DNA of 64,000 nt from Nitrospirales bacterium (GTDB lineage: Bacteria; Nitrospirota; Nitrospiria; Nitrospirales; UBA8639): the NCBI GenBank assembly GCA_965203295.1, contig CBDBCZ010000018.1:1824001-1888000 (forward strand), written 5' to 3'. Numbering within the stretch: the first letter of the stretch is position 1; each line of letters begins with the position of its first letter. Shown piece after piece: positions 37,601 through 52,400 of this stretch. Under the pieces are notes generated by a model that was not told the origin of the DNA, did no database searches, and was given only the letters and a program-made list of their open reading frames with translations. The position numbers and the translations under genes were made by a program.

Positions 37601-40600
37601 AATGGTAGCTAGTTACTTTGGCTAAAAGTCTTTGCTAGAGACCAACAAAACTAACGATTTTCTATAAAATACTTCTTTCCTAATCTGCAGACTAACATCA
37701 AGCAAACTAAACAAGCCTTTGAATAACCAGTTCCTTTCTTGAACATCGATACTTCCTAAGCATGTATTGTATCTGACTAACATCATTCAAACTAAACAAG
37801 CCTTTGAATAACCAGTTGTTTTCCTAAACAGTTGGGAAGGGTCAGATCATTGGTAGCCAGTTACTTTGGCTGAAAGTCTTTGCCGGAGACCAACAAAACT
37901 AACAATTTTAAATAAAATCCTTCTTTCCTAGTCTTCAGACTAACATCAACCAAACTAAACAAGCCTTTGAATAACCAGTTCCTTTCTAGAACATCGATAC
38001 TTCCTAAGCATGTATTGTATCTGACTAATATCATTCAAACAAAACAAGCCTTTGAATAACCAGCTTTTTTTCTAAACAATTGGGAAGGGTCAGATAAATG
38101 GTAGCAAGTTACTTTGGCTTGAAGTCTTTGCTAGAGACCAACAAAACTAACAATTTTCACTAAAATCCTCCTTTCCTAATCTTCAGACTAACATCAACTA
38201 AATTAAACAAGCCTTTGAATAACCAGTTCCTTTCTTGAACATTGATACTTCCTAAGCATGTATTGTATCTGACTAATATAACTCAAACAAAACAAGCCTT
38301 TGAATAACCAGCACTTATCCTAAATAGTTCGGAAAGGTTAGATCAATGGTAGCTAGTAACTTTGGCTTAATTAAAGTCATTGCAAGAGACCAATAAAACT
38401 AACAATTTTCAATAAAATCCTTCTTTCCTAATCTTCAGGCTAACATCAACAAAACTAAACAGGCCTTTGAAAAACCAGTTCCTTTTCTAAACAGTTGGGA
38501 AGGGTCAGATAAATGGTAGCTAGTTACTTTGGCTTAAAGTCTTTGCTAGAGACCAACAAAACTAACAATTTTCAATAAAATCCTTCTTTCCTAATCTTCA
38601 GACTAACATCATTCAAACTAAACAAGCCTTTGAATAACCAGTTCCTTTCTTGAACATTGATACTTCCTAAGCATGTATTGTATCTGACTAATATCATTCA
38701 AACAAAACAAGCCTTTGAATAACCAGCTCTTTTTCTAAATAGTCGGGAAGGATCAGATCAATGGTAGCCAGTTACTTTGGCTTAAAGTCTTTGCAAGAGA
38801 CCAACAAAACTAACAATTATTAATAAAATCCTTCTTTCTTAATCTTAAGGCTAAAATCAACGAAACTAAACAGGCCTTTGAATAACCAGTTCTTTTTCTA
38901 AACAGTTGGGAAGGGTCAGATAAATGGTAGCTAGTTACTTTGGCTTAAAGTCTTTGCTAGAGACCAACAAAACTATCAATTTTCAATAAAATCCTTCTTT
39001 CCTAATCTTCAGACTAACATCATTCAAACTAAACAAGCCTTTGAATAACCAGTTCTTTTCCTAAACAGTTAGGAAGGGTCAGATGAATGGTAGCTAGTTA
39101 CTTTGGCTGAAAGTCTTTGCCTGAGACCAACAAAACTAACAATTTTCAATAAAATCCTTCTTTCCTAATCTTCAGACTAACATCAACCAAACTAAACAAG
39201 CCTTTGAATAACCAGTTCCTTTCTTGAACATCGACACTTCTTAAACATGTATTGTATTCGACCAACATCATTAAAACGAATCAAGCCTTTGAATAACCAG
39301 TTCTTTTCCTAAACAGCTGGGAAGGGTCAGATCAATGGTAGCTAGTTACTTTGGCTGAAAGTCTTTGCCTGAGACCAACAAAACTAACAATTTTCAATAA
39401 AATCCTTCTTTCCTAATCTTAAGACTAACATCAACCAAACTAAACAAGCCTTTGAATAACCAGTTCCTTTCTTGAACATCGACACTTCCTAAACATGTAT
39501 TGTATCCGACTAACATCATTAAAACTAATCAAGCCTTTGAATAACCAGTTCTTTTCCTAAACAGTTGGGAAGGGTCAGATCAATGGTAGCTAGTTACTTT
39601 GGCTCAAAGTCTTTGCTAGAGACCAACAAAACTGACGATTTTCTATAAAATACTTCTTTCCTAATCTGCAGACTAACATTAAGCAAACTAAATAAGCATT
39701 TGAATAACCAGTTCCTTTCTTGAACATCGATACTTCCTAAGCATGTATTGTATCTGACTAACATCATTCAAACTAAACAAGCCTTTAAATAACAAGTTCT
39801 TTTCCTAAAAAAGTTGGGAAGGGTCAGATCAAAGGTAGCCAGTTACTTTGGCTGAAAGTATTTGCCTGAGACCAAAAAAACTAACAATTTTTAATAAAAT
39901 CCTTCTTTCCTAATCTTCAGACTAACATCAACCAAACTAAACAAGCCTTTGAATAACCAGTTCCTTTCTTGAACATTGATACTTCCTAAGCATGCATTGT
40001 ATCTGACTAATATCATTCAAACAAAACAAGCCTTTGAATAACCAGCTCTTTTTCTAAATAGTCGGGAAGGATCAGATCAATGGTAGCCAGTTACTTTGGC
40101 TTAAAGTCTTTGCAAGAGACCAACAAAACTAACAATTATCAATAAAATCTTTCTTTCTTAATCTTCAGGCTAAAATCAACGAAACTAAACAGGCCTTTGA
40201 ATAACCAGTTCTTTTTCTAAACAGTTGGGAAGGGTCAGATAAATGGTAGCTAGTTACTTTGGCTTAAAGTCTTTGCTAGAGACCAACAAAACTAACAATT
40301 TTCAATAAAATCATTCTTTCCTAATCTTCAGACTAACATCATTAAAACTAAACAAGCCTTTGAATAACCAGTTCTTTTCCTAAACAGTTAGGAAGGGTCA
40401 GATGAATGGTAGTTAGTTACTTTGGCTGAAAGTCTTTGCCTGAGACCAACAAAACTAACAATTTTCAATAAAATCCTTCTTTCCTAATCTTCAGACTAAC
40501 ATCAACCAAACTAAACAAGCCTTTGAATAACCAGTTCCTTTCTTGAACATCGATACTTCTTAAACATGTATTGTATTTTACCAACATCATTAAAACTAAT

Positions 40601-43600
40601 CAAGCCTTTGAATAACCAGTTCTTTTCCTAAACAGCTGGGAAGGGTCAGATCAATGGTAGCTAGTTACTTTGGCTCAAAGTCTTTGCTAGAGACCAACAA
40701 AACTAAAGATTTTCTATAAAATACTTTTTTCCTTATCTGCAGACTAACATCAAGAAAACTAAACAAGCCTTTGAAAAACCAGTTCCTTTCTTGAACATCG
40801 ATACTTCCTAAGCATGTATTGCATCTGACAAACATCATTCAAACTAAACAAGCCTTTGAATAACAAGTTCTTTTTCTAAACAGTTGGGAAGGGTCAGATC
40901 AATGGTAGCCTGTTACTTTGGCTGAAAGTCTTGGCCTGAGTCCAACAAAAACTAACAATTTTCAATAAAATCCTATTTTCCTAATCTTCAGACTAACATC
41001 AACCAAACTAAATAAGCCTTTGAATAAACAGTTCCTTTCTTGAACATCGATACTTCCTAAGCGTGTATTGTATCTGACTAACATCATTCAAACTAAACAA
41101 GCCTTTGAATAACAAGTTCTTTTCCAAAACAGTTGTTAAGGGTCAGATCAATGGTAGCCAGTTACTTTGGCTGAAAGTCTTTGCCTGAGACCAAAAAAAC
41201 TAACAATTTTAGATAAAATCCTTCTTTCCTAATTTTCAGGCTAACATCAACAAAACTAAACAGGCCTTTGAATAACCAGCTCTTTTTCTAAACAGTTGGG
41301 AAGGGTGAGATAAATGGTAGCAAGTTACTTTGGCTTAAAGTCTTTGCTAGAGACAAAAAAAACAAACAATTTTAAATAAAATCCTTCTTTCCTAATCTTC
41401 AGACTAACATCAACCAAACTAAACAAGCCTTTGAATAACCAGTTCCTTTCTTGAACATTGATACTTCCTAAGCATGTATTGTATCTGACTAATATCATTC
41501 AAACAAAACAAGCCTTTGAATAACCAGCTTATTTTCTAATTAGTTCGGAAGGGTCAGATCAATGGTAACTAGTAACTTTGGCTTAAAGTCTTTGCTAGAG
41601 ACCAACAAAACTAACAATTTTCAATAAAATCCTTCTTTCCTAATCTTCAGGCTAACATCAACAAAACTAAACAGGCCTTTGAATAACCAGTTCTTTTCTA
41701 AACAGTTAGGAAGGGTCAGAAAAATGGTAGCTAGTTACTTTGGCTTAAAGTTTTTGTTAGAGACCAACAAAACTAACAATTTTCAATAAAATCCTTCTTT
41801 CCTAATCTTCAGACTAACATCATTCAAACTAAACAAGCCTTTGAATAACCAGTTCTTTTTCTAAACAGTTCGGAAGGGTCAGATAAATGGTAGCTAGTTA
41901 CTTTGGCTTAAAGTCTTTCCTAGAGACCAACAAAACTAACAATTTTCAATAAAATCCTTCTTTCCTAATCTTCAGACTAAGATCGACCAAACTAAAAAAG
42001 CCCTTGAATAACAAGTTCCTTTCTTGAACATCGATACTTCCTAAGCGTGTATTGTATCTGACTAACATCATTCAAACTAAACAAGCCTTTTAATAACCAG
42101 TTCTTTTTCTAAACAGTTGGGAAGGGTCAGATCAATGGTAGCTAGTGACTTTGGCTTAAAGTCTTTGCCAGAGACCAACAAATCTAACAATTTTCAATGA
42201 AATCCTTCTTTCCTAATCTTCAGACTAACATCAACCAAATTAAACAAGCCTTTGAATAACCAGTTCCGGTCTTGAACATCGATACTTCCTAAGCATGTAT
42301 TGTATCCGACTAACATCATTCAAACTAAACAAGCTATAAAATCTTAAAACAATTTCTTTCCTAGACAGTTGGGAAGGGTCAGATCAATGGTAGCTAGTTG
42401 TTTTGACTGAAAGTTTCCTGAGACCAATAAAGCAAAAATTGTACCAATTATTAGTGAAAACCCTTACTTTCTAAGCATGTATGTATTGTATCCGACAAAC
42501 ATCATTTAAACTAAACAAATGATTGAATCATAAACCAGTTCCTTTCCAAGACAGTTGGGAGGGGTCAGATCAATGGTAGCTAGATACTTTGGCTGAAAGT
42601 CTTTACCTGAGACCAACAAAACTAACAATTTTCAATAAAATCCTCCTTTCCTAATCTTCAGACTAACATCAACTAAACTAAACAAGCCTTTGAATAACCA
42701 GTTCCTTTCTTGAACATCGATACTTCCTAAGCATGTATTGTATCTGACTAACATCATTCAAACTAAACAAGCCTTTGAATAACAAGTTCTTTTCCTAAAC
42801 AGTTGGGAAGGGTCAGATCAATGGTAGCCAGTTACTTTGGCTGAAAGTCTTTGCCTGAGACCAACAAAACTAACAATTTTCAAAAAAAATTCTTCTTTCC
42901 TAATCTTCAGGCTAACATCATCAAAACTAAACAGGCCTTTGAATAACCAGCTCTTTTTCTAAACAGTTAGGAAGGGTCAGATAAATGGTAGCAAGTTACT
43001 TTGGCTTAAAGTCTTTGCTAGAGACAAAAAAACTAACAATTTTAAATAAAATCCTTCTTTCCTAATCTGAAAACTAACATCAACCAAACTAAACAAGCCT
43101 TTGAATAACCAGTTCCTTTCTTGAACATTGATACTTCCTAAGCATGTATTGAATCTGACTAATATCATTCAAACAAAACAAGCCTTTAAATAACCAGCAC
43201 TTTTTCTAAATAGTTCGGAAGGGTCAGATAAATGGTAGCTAGTAACTTTGGCTTAAAGTCTTTGCTAGAGACCAACAAAACTAACAATTTTCAATAAAAT
43301 CCTTCTTTCCTAATCTTCAGGCTAACATCAACGAAACTAAACAGGCCTTTGAATAACCAGTTCTTTTTCTAAACAGTTGGAAAGGGTCAGATAAATGGTA
43401 GCTAGTTACTTTGGCTTAAAGTCTTTGCTAGAGACCAACAAAACTAACAATTTTCAATAAAATCCTTCTTTCCTAATCTTCAGACTAACATCATTCAAAC
43501 TAATCAAGCCTTTGAATAACCAGTTCTTTTCCTAAACAGTTGGGAAGGGTCTGATCAATGGTAGCAAGTTACTTTGGCTCAAAGTCTTTGCTAGAGACCA

Positions 43601-46600
43601 ACAAAACTAACGATTTTCTATAAAATACTTCTTTCCTAATCTGCAGACTAACATCAAGCAAACTAAATAAGCCTTTGAATAACCAGTTCCTTTCTTGAAC
43701 ATTGATACTTCCTAAGCATGTATTGTATCTGACTAATATCATTCAAACAAAACAAGCCTTTGAATAACCAGCACTTATCCTAAATAGTTCGGAAAAGTTA
43801 GATCAATGGTAGCTAGTAACTTTGGCTTAAAGTCTTTGCTAGAGACCAACAAAACTAACAATTTTCAATAAAATCCTTCTTTCCTAATCTTAAGACTAAC
43901 ATCAAACAAACTAAACAAGCCTTTGAATAACCAGTTCCTTTCTTGAACATCGACACTTCCTAAACATGTATTGTATCCGACTAACATCATTAAAACTAAT
44001 CAAGCCTTTGAATAACCAGTTCTTTTCCTAAACAGTTGGGAAGGGTCAGATCAATGGTAGCTAGTTACTTTGGCTCAAAGTCTTTGCTAGAGACCAACAA
44101 AACTGACGATTTTCTATAAAATACTTCTTTCCTAATCTGCAGACTAACATTAAGCAAACTAAATAAGCATTTGAATAACCAGTTCCTTTCTTGAACATCG
44201 ATACTTCCTAAGCATGTATTGTATCTGACTAACATCATTCAAACTAAACAAGCCTTTGAATAACAAGTTCTTTTCCTAAAAAGTTTGGAAGGGTCGGATC
44301 AATGGTAGTCAGTTACTTTGGCTGAAAGTATTTGCCTGAGACCAACAAAACTAACAATTTTTAATAAAATCCTTCTTTCCTAATCTTCAGACTAACATCA
44401 ACCAAACTAAACAAGCCTTTGAATAACCAGTTCCTTTCTTGAACATTGATACTTCCTAAGCATGTATTGTATCTGACTAATATCATTCAAACAAAACAAG
44501 CCTTTGAATAACCAGCTCTTTTCTTAATAGTCAGGAAGGATCAGATCAATGGTAGCCAGTTACTTTGGCTTAAAGTCTTTGCAAGAGACCAACAAAACTA
44601 ACAATTATCAATAAAATCCTTCTTTCTTAATCTTCAGGCTAAAATCAACGAAACTAAACAGGACTTTGAATAACCAGTTCTTTTTCTAAACAGTTGGGAA
44701 GGGTCAGATAAATGGTTGCTAGTTACTTTGGCTTAAAGTCTTTGCTAGAGACCAACAAAACTAACAATTTTCAATAAAATCCTTCTTTCCTAATCTTCAG
44801 ACTAACATCATTAAAACTAAACAAGCCTTTGAATAACCAGTTCTTATCCTAAACAGTTAGGAAGGGTCAGATGAATGGTAGCTAGTTACTTTGGCTGAAA
44901 GTCTTTGCCTGAGACCAACAAAACTAACAATTTTCTATAAAATCCTTCTTTCCTAATCTTCAGACTAACATCAACCAAACTAAACAAGCCTTTGAATAAC
45001 CAGTTCCTTTCTTGAACATTGACACTTCTTAAACATGTATTGTATTCGACTAACCTCATTAAAACTAATCAAGCCTTTGAATAACCAGTTCTTTTCCTAA
45101 ACAGCTGGGAAGGGTCAGATCAATGGTAGCTAGTTATTTTGGCTCAAAGTCTTTGCTAGAGACCAACAAAACTAAAGATTTTCTATAAAATACTTCTTTC
45201 CTTATCTGCAGACTAACATCAAGAAAACTAAACAAGCCTTTGAATAACCAGTTCCTTTCTTGAAGATCGATACTTCCTAAGCATGTATTGTATCTGACAA
45301 ACATCATTCAAACTAAACAAGCCTTTGAATAACAAGTTCTTTTTCTAAACAGTTGGGAAGGGTCAGATCAATGGTAGCCAGTTACTTTGGCTGAAAGTCT
45401 TTGCCTGAGACCAACAAAAACTAACAATTTTCAATATAATCCTTCTTTCCTTATCTTCAGACTAACATCAACCAAACTAAACAAGCCTTTGAATAACCAG
45501 TTCCTTTCTTGAACATCGATACTTCCTAAGCGTGTATTGTATCTGACTAACATCATTCAAACTAAACAAGCCTTTGAATAACCAGTTCTTTTCCAAAACA
45601 GTTGTTAAGGGTCAGATCAATGGTAGCCAGTTACTTTGGCTGAAAGTCTTTGCCTGAGACCAAAAAAACTAACAATTTTAGATAAATTCCTTCTTTCCTA
45701 ATTTTCAGGCTAACATCAATAAAACTAAACAGGCCCTTGAATAACCAGCTCTTTTTTTAAACAGTCGGGAAGGGTCAGATAAATCGTAGCAAGTTAATTT
45801 GGCTTAAAGTCTTTGCTAGAGACAAAAAAACAAACAATTTTAATTAAAATCCTTCTTTCCTAATCTTCAGACTAACATCAACCAAACTAAACAAGCCTTT
45901 GAATAACCAGTTCTTTTCTTGAACATTGATACTTCCTAAGCATGTATTGTATCTGACTAATATCATTCAAACAAAACAAGCCTTTGAATAACCAGCTTAT
46001 TTTCTAATTAGTTCGGAAGGGTCAGATCAATGGTAACTAGTAACTTTGGCTTAAAGTCTTTGCTAGAGACCAACAAAACTAACAATTTTCAATAAAATCC
46101 TTCTTTCCTAATCTTCAGGCTAACATCAACAAAACTAAACAGGCCTTTGAATAACCAGTTCTTTTCAAAACAGTTAGGAAGGGTCAGATAAATGGTAGCT
46201 AGTTACTTTGGCTTAAAGTCTTTGCTAGAGACCAACAAAACTAACAATTTTCAATAAAATTCTTCTTTCCTAATCTTCAGACTAACATCATTCAAACTAA
46301 ACAAGCCTTTGAATAAGCAGTTCTTTTTCTAAACAGTTGGGAAGGGTCAGATAAATGGTAGCTAGTTACTTTGGCTTAAAGTCTTTGCTAGAGACCAACA
46401 AAACTAACAATTTTCAATAAAATCCTTCTTTCCTAATCTTCAGACTAACATCAACCAAACTAAAAAAGCCCTTGAATAACAAGTTCCTTTCTTGAACATC
46501 GATACTTCCTAAGCGTGTATTGTATCTGACTAACATCATTCAAATTAAACAAGCCTTTGAATAACCAGTTCTTTTTCTAAACAGTTGGGAAGGGTCAGAT

Positions 46601-47670
46601 CAATGGTAGCTAGTGACTTTGGCTTAAAGTCTTTGCCAGAGACCAACAAATCTAACAAATTTTAATGAAATCCTTCTTTCCTAATCTTCAGACTAACATC
46701 AACCAAACTAAACAAGCCTTTGAATAAACAGTTCCGGTCTTGAACATCGATACTTCCTAAGCATGTATTGTATCCGACTAACATCATTAAAACTAATCAA
46801 GCCTTTGAATAACAGGTTCTTTTCCTAAACCGTTGGGAAGGGTCAGATCAATGGTAGCTAGTTACTTTGGCTTAAAGTCTTTGCTGGAGACCAACAAAAC
46901 TATCAATTTTCAATAAAATCCTTCTTTTCTAAGCTTCAGACTAACATCATTCAAACTAAACAAGCTTTTGAATAACCAGCTCTTTTTCTAAACAGTTGGG
47001 AAGGGTCAGATTAAAGGTAGCTAGTAACTTTGGCTTAAAGTCTTTGCTAGAGACCAACAAAACTAATAATTTTCATTAAAATCCTTCTTTCCTAATCTTC
47101 AGACTAACATCAACCAAACTAAACAAGCCCTTGAATAACAAGTTCCTTTCTTGAACATCGATACTTCCTAAGCGTGTATTGTATCTGACTAACATCATTC
47201 AAACTAAACAAGCCTTTGAATAACCAGTTCTTTTTCTAAACAGTTGGGAAGAGTCAGATCAATGGTAGTTAGTGACTTTGGCTTAGAGTCTTTGCCAGAG
47301 AACAACAAATCTAACAATTTTCAATGAAATCCTTCTTTCCTAATCTTCAGACAAACATCAACCTAACTAAACAAGCCTTTGAATAACAAGTTCCTTTCTT
47401 GAACATCGATACTTCCTAGGCATGTATTGTATTTGACTAACATCATTCAAACACTATGCTAAACGAGATGTAGAATCAACGTACCCGGTAGTATATGGCT
47501 GATACATATGTACACATATGCATGGTTCTTGCCACACTAATTATTCTACACTCAAACATTACATTTATCTGCAACATTAAAACTTTACACTGCTTCCTAG
47601 CCCTGCACCCAAATACTGGTATTCTTATACCTCTGTTAGCATCAGTTTTTTACATTTCAAATGGACTTAC

Positions 47671-49365
47671 TCTTCCTCTTTATTTTCAAGCTTGTTGAGA
47701 TTAAAAGCTTCAAAGCCCGCAGCAGGGTCAAACTTTACAACTTCCGAGTACATTGGACCTGTAGTGGTGTTCTGGATCTGAACTTCAAGAAGAATATCAT
47801 CCTGCGTGGTTTATTATGCAGTTCATTATTCACAAGCCATCAACTACGTACATAATTACGTGGCCTCATTCCCAGGTACTCTGAAAATACATAGTGTGGG
47901 GGATACAAGCTACTATGGGAACAGGGTTAGTGTACTTTATACAATTCTTGAGATGGTCTGTTAATGAAGCAGAGTGTTTGATCTTGTCTAGTAGTACATG
48001 TAGATCTACTGACAACCCTCAACAAGCAGATCAGTGATCAGCTACAGGTACTTTGTAACTATTCTGCACAGTCCCTGTGTCCATTGTTCAAGCTCTGGCT
48101 GGTTATAGAATTTCAGCTACCTGACAGACATAAATTCCCCTACACACGTAGAAGAACATTTTGCTAATGCTCTTATCACACCTCTGTACATACCTCTATG
48201 TTAAAAAACTTCGTCTTTACATCAAGTGGTTTAGCAACCTGTATTTGAAAGAGATACAAGACCATAATTTAGCACACTGTCAGCAATGGACTGAATACAG
48301 CTTACAATCAATGCCGAAGTTACACTCAAGGCTTTACTATTTACAGTAAAATGCTTACATTGAACTTGAAAAACTTGCGAAGGAAATGTTCTTCTCCTGC
48401 GGAGTGCACAGTGTAGGTGGAAGTACAGATGAGGCTGTAGTAATATATAACGTTGAGGAAATCAAGAGATTGGTACTTTAAAAACCGCTATATGAGAATT
48501 TTGAAAGGCGTGTTGCATGCGACTTCACAAACAAAAAGCATTTGAGGTCGTGCCTAGCACTGGAGGGACAGTGGAGATATCCTTTACAGGTGAATGTGAC
48601 ATAGATCTACGTCCAAATAACGTAAGTCACATATGAAGCTACATAACATACTTCTATGTTGATGTTCTCACCCACCCATTCCCTTCAATGCATATACACT
48701 CTCTCATTACCTACATAGACAGTTATGTGTATCCCTTATAGCTTCGAATCAAGGCTACGTATATCTCTTACCTGTGCTCTCCCAGTTCCTTTACTTCATG
48801 CGCTATGATTCGCTCTTAACGACTCCCCCTGGGTCCAGCTGGAAGGAGTCAATAGTTCCACCTGTACAATGTGAAGACGCAACTACTATACACACTACCA
48901 AGTTCAAGATAAGTGCTGCAGTGAGCAGTAACTATAGCAGCAATTAGCGATAGACATTTGTGACTTGTCCTGATAAGGAATATAAACGGAGCAGATCTGT
49001 ATGGCCTTCAGACACAAAACTTCAGTACAGACTGAGTCAGCCATCTCCTATACCTATGCATTACATGCATAATTTGTCCTAATATTGCTAGGGTCGCAAC
49101 TAAGCCTTCCCACACCGATATTTTATGGTCATGAAAAAAAAATGGCAATACGACACGACACTATGTAGCTTTAATTACTTGGTGACTGCAAGACCAGACA
49201 GAGATCATATACGTACATAGTTCTGTCTGTTACATGACATTTTGTACAGATGCTCACTCCATGGCTCTGCTGCAACCTACCTTAAAGATGGTTTCCTTCA
49301 CCACCTCCTGGCTGTCGTTGTGCACGGTAACAAAGCCACTGAAATTTTCTCCCAGGTAGATCATC
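47671..49365 (-). pseudogene. TRAPPC13: Truncated intron-containing TRAPPC13 (trafficking protein particle complex subunit 13) fragment, five exons
   Basis: AG/GT-bounded exons: 49365-49281 MIYLGENFSGFVTVHNDSQEVVKETIFK; 48861-48772 VELLTPS...RIIAHEVKELGEH (frameshifted); 48434-48359 LICTSTYTVHSAGEEHFLRKFFKFN; 48238-48194 VAKPLDVKTKFFNIE; 47801-47671 DDILLEVQIQNTTTGPMYSEVVKFDPAAGFEAFNLNKLENKEE. Collinear with recalled TRAPPC13 motifs IFLGETF..VHNDS, HEVKEIG, RKFFKF, KPLDVKTKFYN and LEAQIQN. Confidence 0.9.
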
Positions 49366-49499
49366 CTTGAACGGGGAGAGGGTAAGAAGGGTCAGCTTTC
49401 ACAATCAGCAGCCAAAGGCAACTACATATACGTATATGTATATGCATGCACATGCTCCTGCAACTCACAGGCCGTAATCTCACAGCAATACTGCAGTTT

Positions 49500-52400
49500 C
49501 AGTTAGGAAGGGTCAGATAAATGGTAGCTAGTTACTTTGGCTTAAAGTCTTTGCTAGAGACAAAAAAACTAACAATTTTAAATAAAATCCTTCTTTCCTA
49601 ATCTTCAGACTAACATCAACCAAACTAAACAAGCCTTAGAATAACCAGTTCCTTTCTTGAACATCGATACTTCCTAAACATGTATTGTATCAGACTAACA
49701 TCATTAAAACTAATCAAGCCTTAGAATAACCAGTTCTTTTCCTAAACAGTTGGTAAGGGTCAGATCAATAATAGCTAGTTAATTTGGCTCAAAGTCTTTG
49801 CTAGAGACCAACAAAACTAACGATTTTCAATAAAATCCTTCTTTCCTAATCTTCAGATTAACATCAACCAAACTAAACAAGCCTTTGAATAAACAGTTCC
49901 TTTCTTGAACATCGATACTTCCTAAGCGTGTATTGTATCTGACCAAACTAAACAAGCCTTTGAATAGCCAGTTCTTTTCAAAAACAGATGGAAAGAGTCA
50001 GATCAATGGTAGCCAGTTATTTTGGCTGAAAGTCTTTGCCTGAGACCAACAAAACTAACAATTTTCAATAAAATCCTTCTTTCCTAATCTTCAGGCTAAC
50101 ATCAACAAAACTAAACAGGCCTTTGAATAACAAGCTCCTTTTTTAAACAGTTGGGAAGGGTCAGATAAATGGTAGCAAGTTACTTTGGCTTAAAGTCTTT
50201 GCTAGAGACCAACAAAACTAACAATATTCAATAAAATCCTTCTTTCCTAATCTTAAGACTAACATCAACCAAACTAAACAAGCTTTTGAATAACCAGTTC
50301 CTTTCTTGAACATTGATACTTCCTAAGCATGTATTGTATCTGACTAATATCATTCAAACAAAACAAGCTTTTGAATAACCAGCACTTTTTCAAAATAGTT
50401 CGTAAAGGTCAGATCAAAGGTAGCTAGTAACTTTGGCTTAATTAAAGTCATTGCAAGAGACCAACAAAACTAACAATTTTCAATAAAATCCTTCTTTCCT
50501 AATCTTCAGGCTAACATCAACAAAACTAAACAGCCCTTTGAATAACTAGTTCTTTTTCTAAACAGTTGGGAAAGGTCAGATAAATGGTAGCTAGTTACTT
50601 TGGCTTAAAGTCTTTGCTAGAGACCAACAAAACTAACAATTTTCAATAAAATCCTTCTTTCCTAATCTTCAGACTAATTACAATTCAAACTAAACAAACC
50701 TTTGAATAACCAGTTCTTTTCCAAAACAGTTAGGAAGGGTCAGATGAATGGTAGCTAGTGACTTTTGCTGAAAGTCTTTGCCTGAGACCAACAAAACTAA
50801 CAATTTTCAATAAAATCCTTCTTTCCTAATCTTCAGACTAACATCAACCAAACTAAACAAGCCTTTGAATAACCAGTTCCTTTCTTGAATATTGATACTT
50901 CCTAAGCATGTATTGTATCTGACTAATATCATTCAAACAAAACAAGCCTTAGAATAACCAGCTCATTTTATAAATAGTTCGGAAGAGTCAGATCAATGGT
51001 AGCTAGTAACTTTGGATTAAAGTCTTTGCTAGAGACCAACAAAACTAACAATTTTCAATAAAATCCTTGTTTCCTAATCTTCAAACTAACATCAACCAAA
51101 CTAAACAAGCCTTTGAATAACCAGTTCCTTTCTTGAACATCGACACTTCCTAAACATGTATTGTATCCGACTAACATCATTAAAACTAATCAAGCCTTTG
51201 AATAACCAGTTCCTTTCTTGAACAGCGATACTTCCTAAGCATGTATTGTATCTGACTAAATTCATTCAAACTAAACAAGCTTTTGAATAACCAGTTCTTT
51301 TCCTAAACAGTTGGGAAGGTTCAGATCAATGGTAGCCAGTTACTTTGGCTGAAAGTCTTTGCCTGAGACCAACAAACTAACAATTTTCAATAAAATCCTT
51401 CTTTCCTAATCTTCAGACTAACATCAACCAAACTAAACAAGCCTTTGAATAACCAGTTCCTTTCTTAAACATCGACACTTCCTAAACATGTATTATATTC
51501 GACTAACATCATTAAAACTAATCAAGCCTTTGAATAACCAGTTCTTTTCCTAAACAGTTGGGAAGGGTCAGATCAATGGTAGCTAGTTACTTTGGCTCAA
51601 AGTCTTTGCTAGAGACCAACAAAACTAACGATTTTCTATAAAATACTTCTTTCATAATCTGCAGACTAACATCAGGCAAACTAAACAAGCCTTTGAATAA
51701 CCAGTTATTTTCTTGAAGATCGATACTTCCTAAGCGTGTATTGTATCTGACAAACATCATTCAAACTAAACAGGCCTTTGAATAACCAGTTCATTTTCTA
51801 AACAGTTGGGAAGGGTCAGATAAATGGTAGCTAGTTACTTTGGCTTAAAGTCTTTGCTAGAGACCAACAAAACTAACAATTTTCAATAAAATCCTTCTTT
51901 CCAAATCTTCAGACTAACATCATCCAAACTAAACAAGCCTTAGAATAACCAGTTCTTTTCCTAAACAGTTAGGAAGGGTCAGATGAATGGTAGCTAGTTA
52001 CTTTGGCTGAAAGTCTTTGCCTGAGACCAACAAAACTAACAATTTTCAATAAAATCCTCCTTTCCTAATCTTAAGACTAACATCAACCAAACTAAACAAG
52101 CCTTTGAATAACCAGTTCCTTTCTTGAACATCGACACTTCTAAAACATGTATTGTATTCGACTAATATCATTAAAACTTATCAAGCCTTTGAATAACCAG
52201 TTCTTTTCCTAAACAGCTGGGAAGGGTCATATCAATGGTAGCTAGTTACTTTGGCTTAAAGTCTTTGCTAGAGACCAACAAAACTAAAGATTTTCAATCA
52301 AATACTTCTTTCCTTATCTGCAGACTAACATCAAGCAAACTAAACAAGCCTTTGAATAACCAGTTCCTTTCTTGAACATCGAAACTTCCTAAGCGTGTAT

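Larger units (their letters stand above)
22963..47452 (+). repeat. Satellite array block 3 with higher-order duplications
   Basis: Continuous 163/248-bp monomers; rare variants recur at fixed offsets (2101, 2624, about 4468 bp). Confidence 0.97.

Noticed and set aside
47495..48349. Plus-strand ORFs in the unique island
   Set aside because: Antisense to the TRAPPC13 exons and without recognisable motifs.
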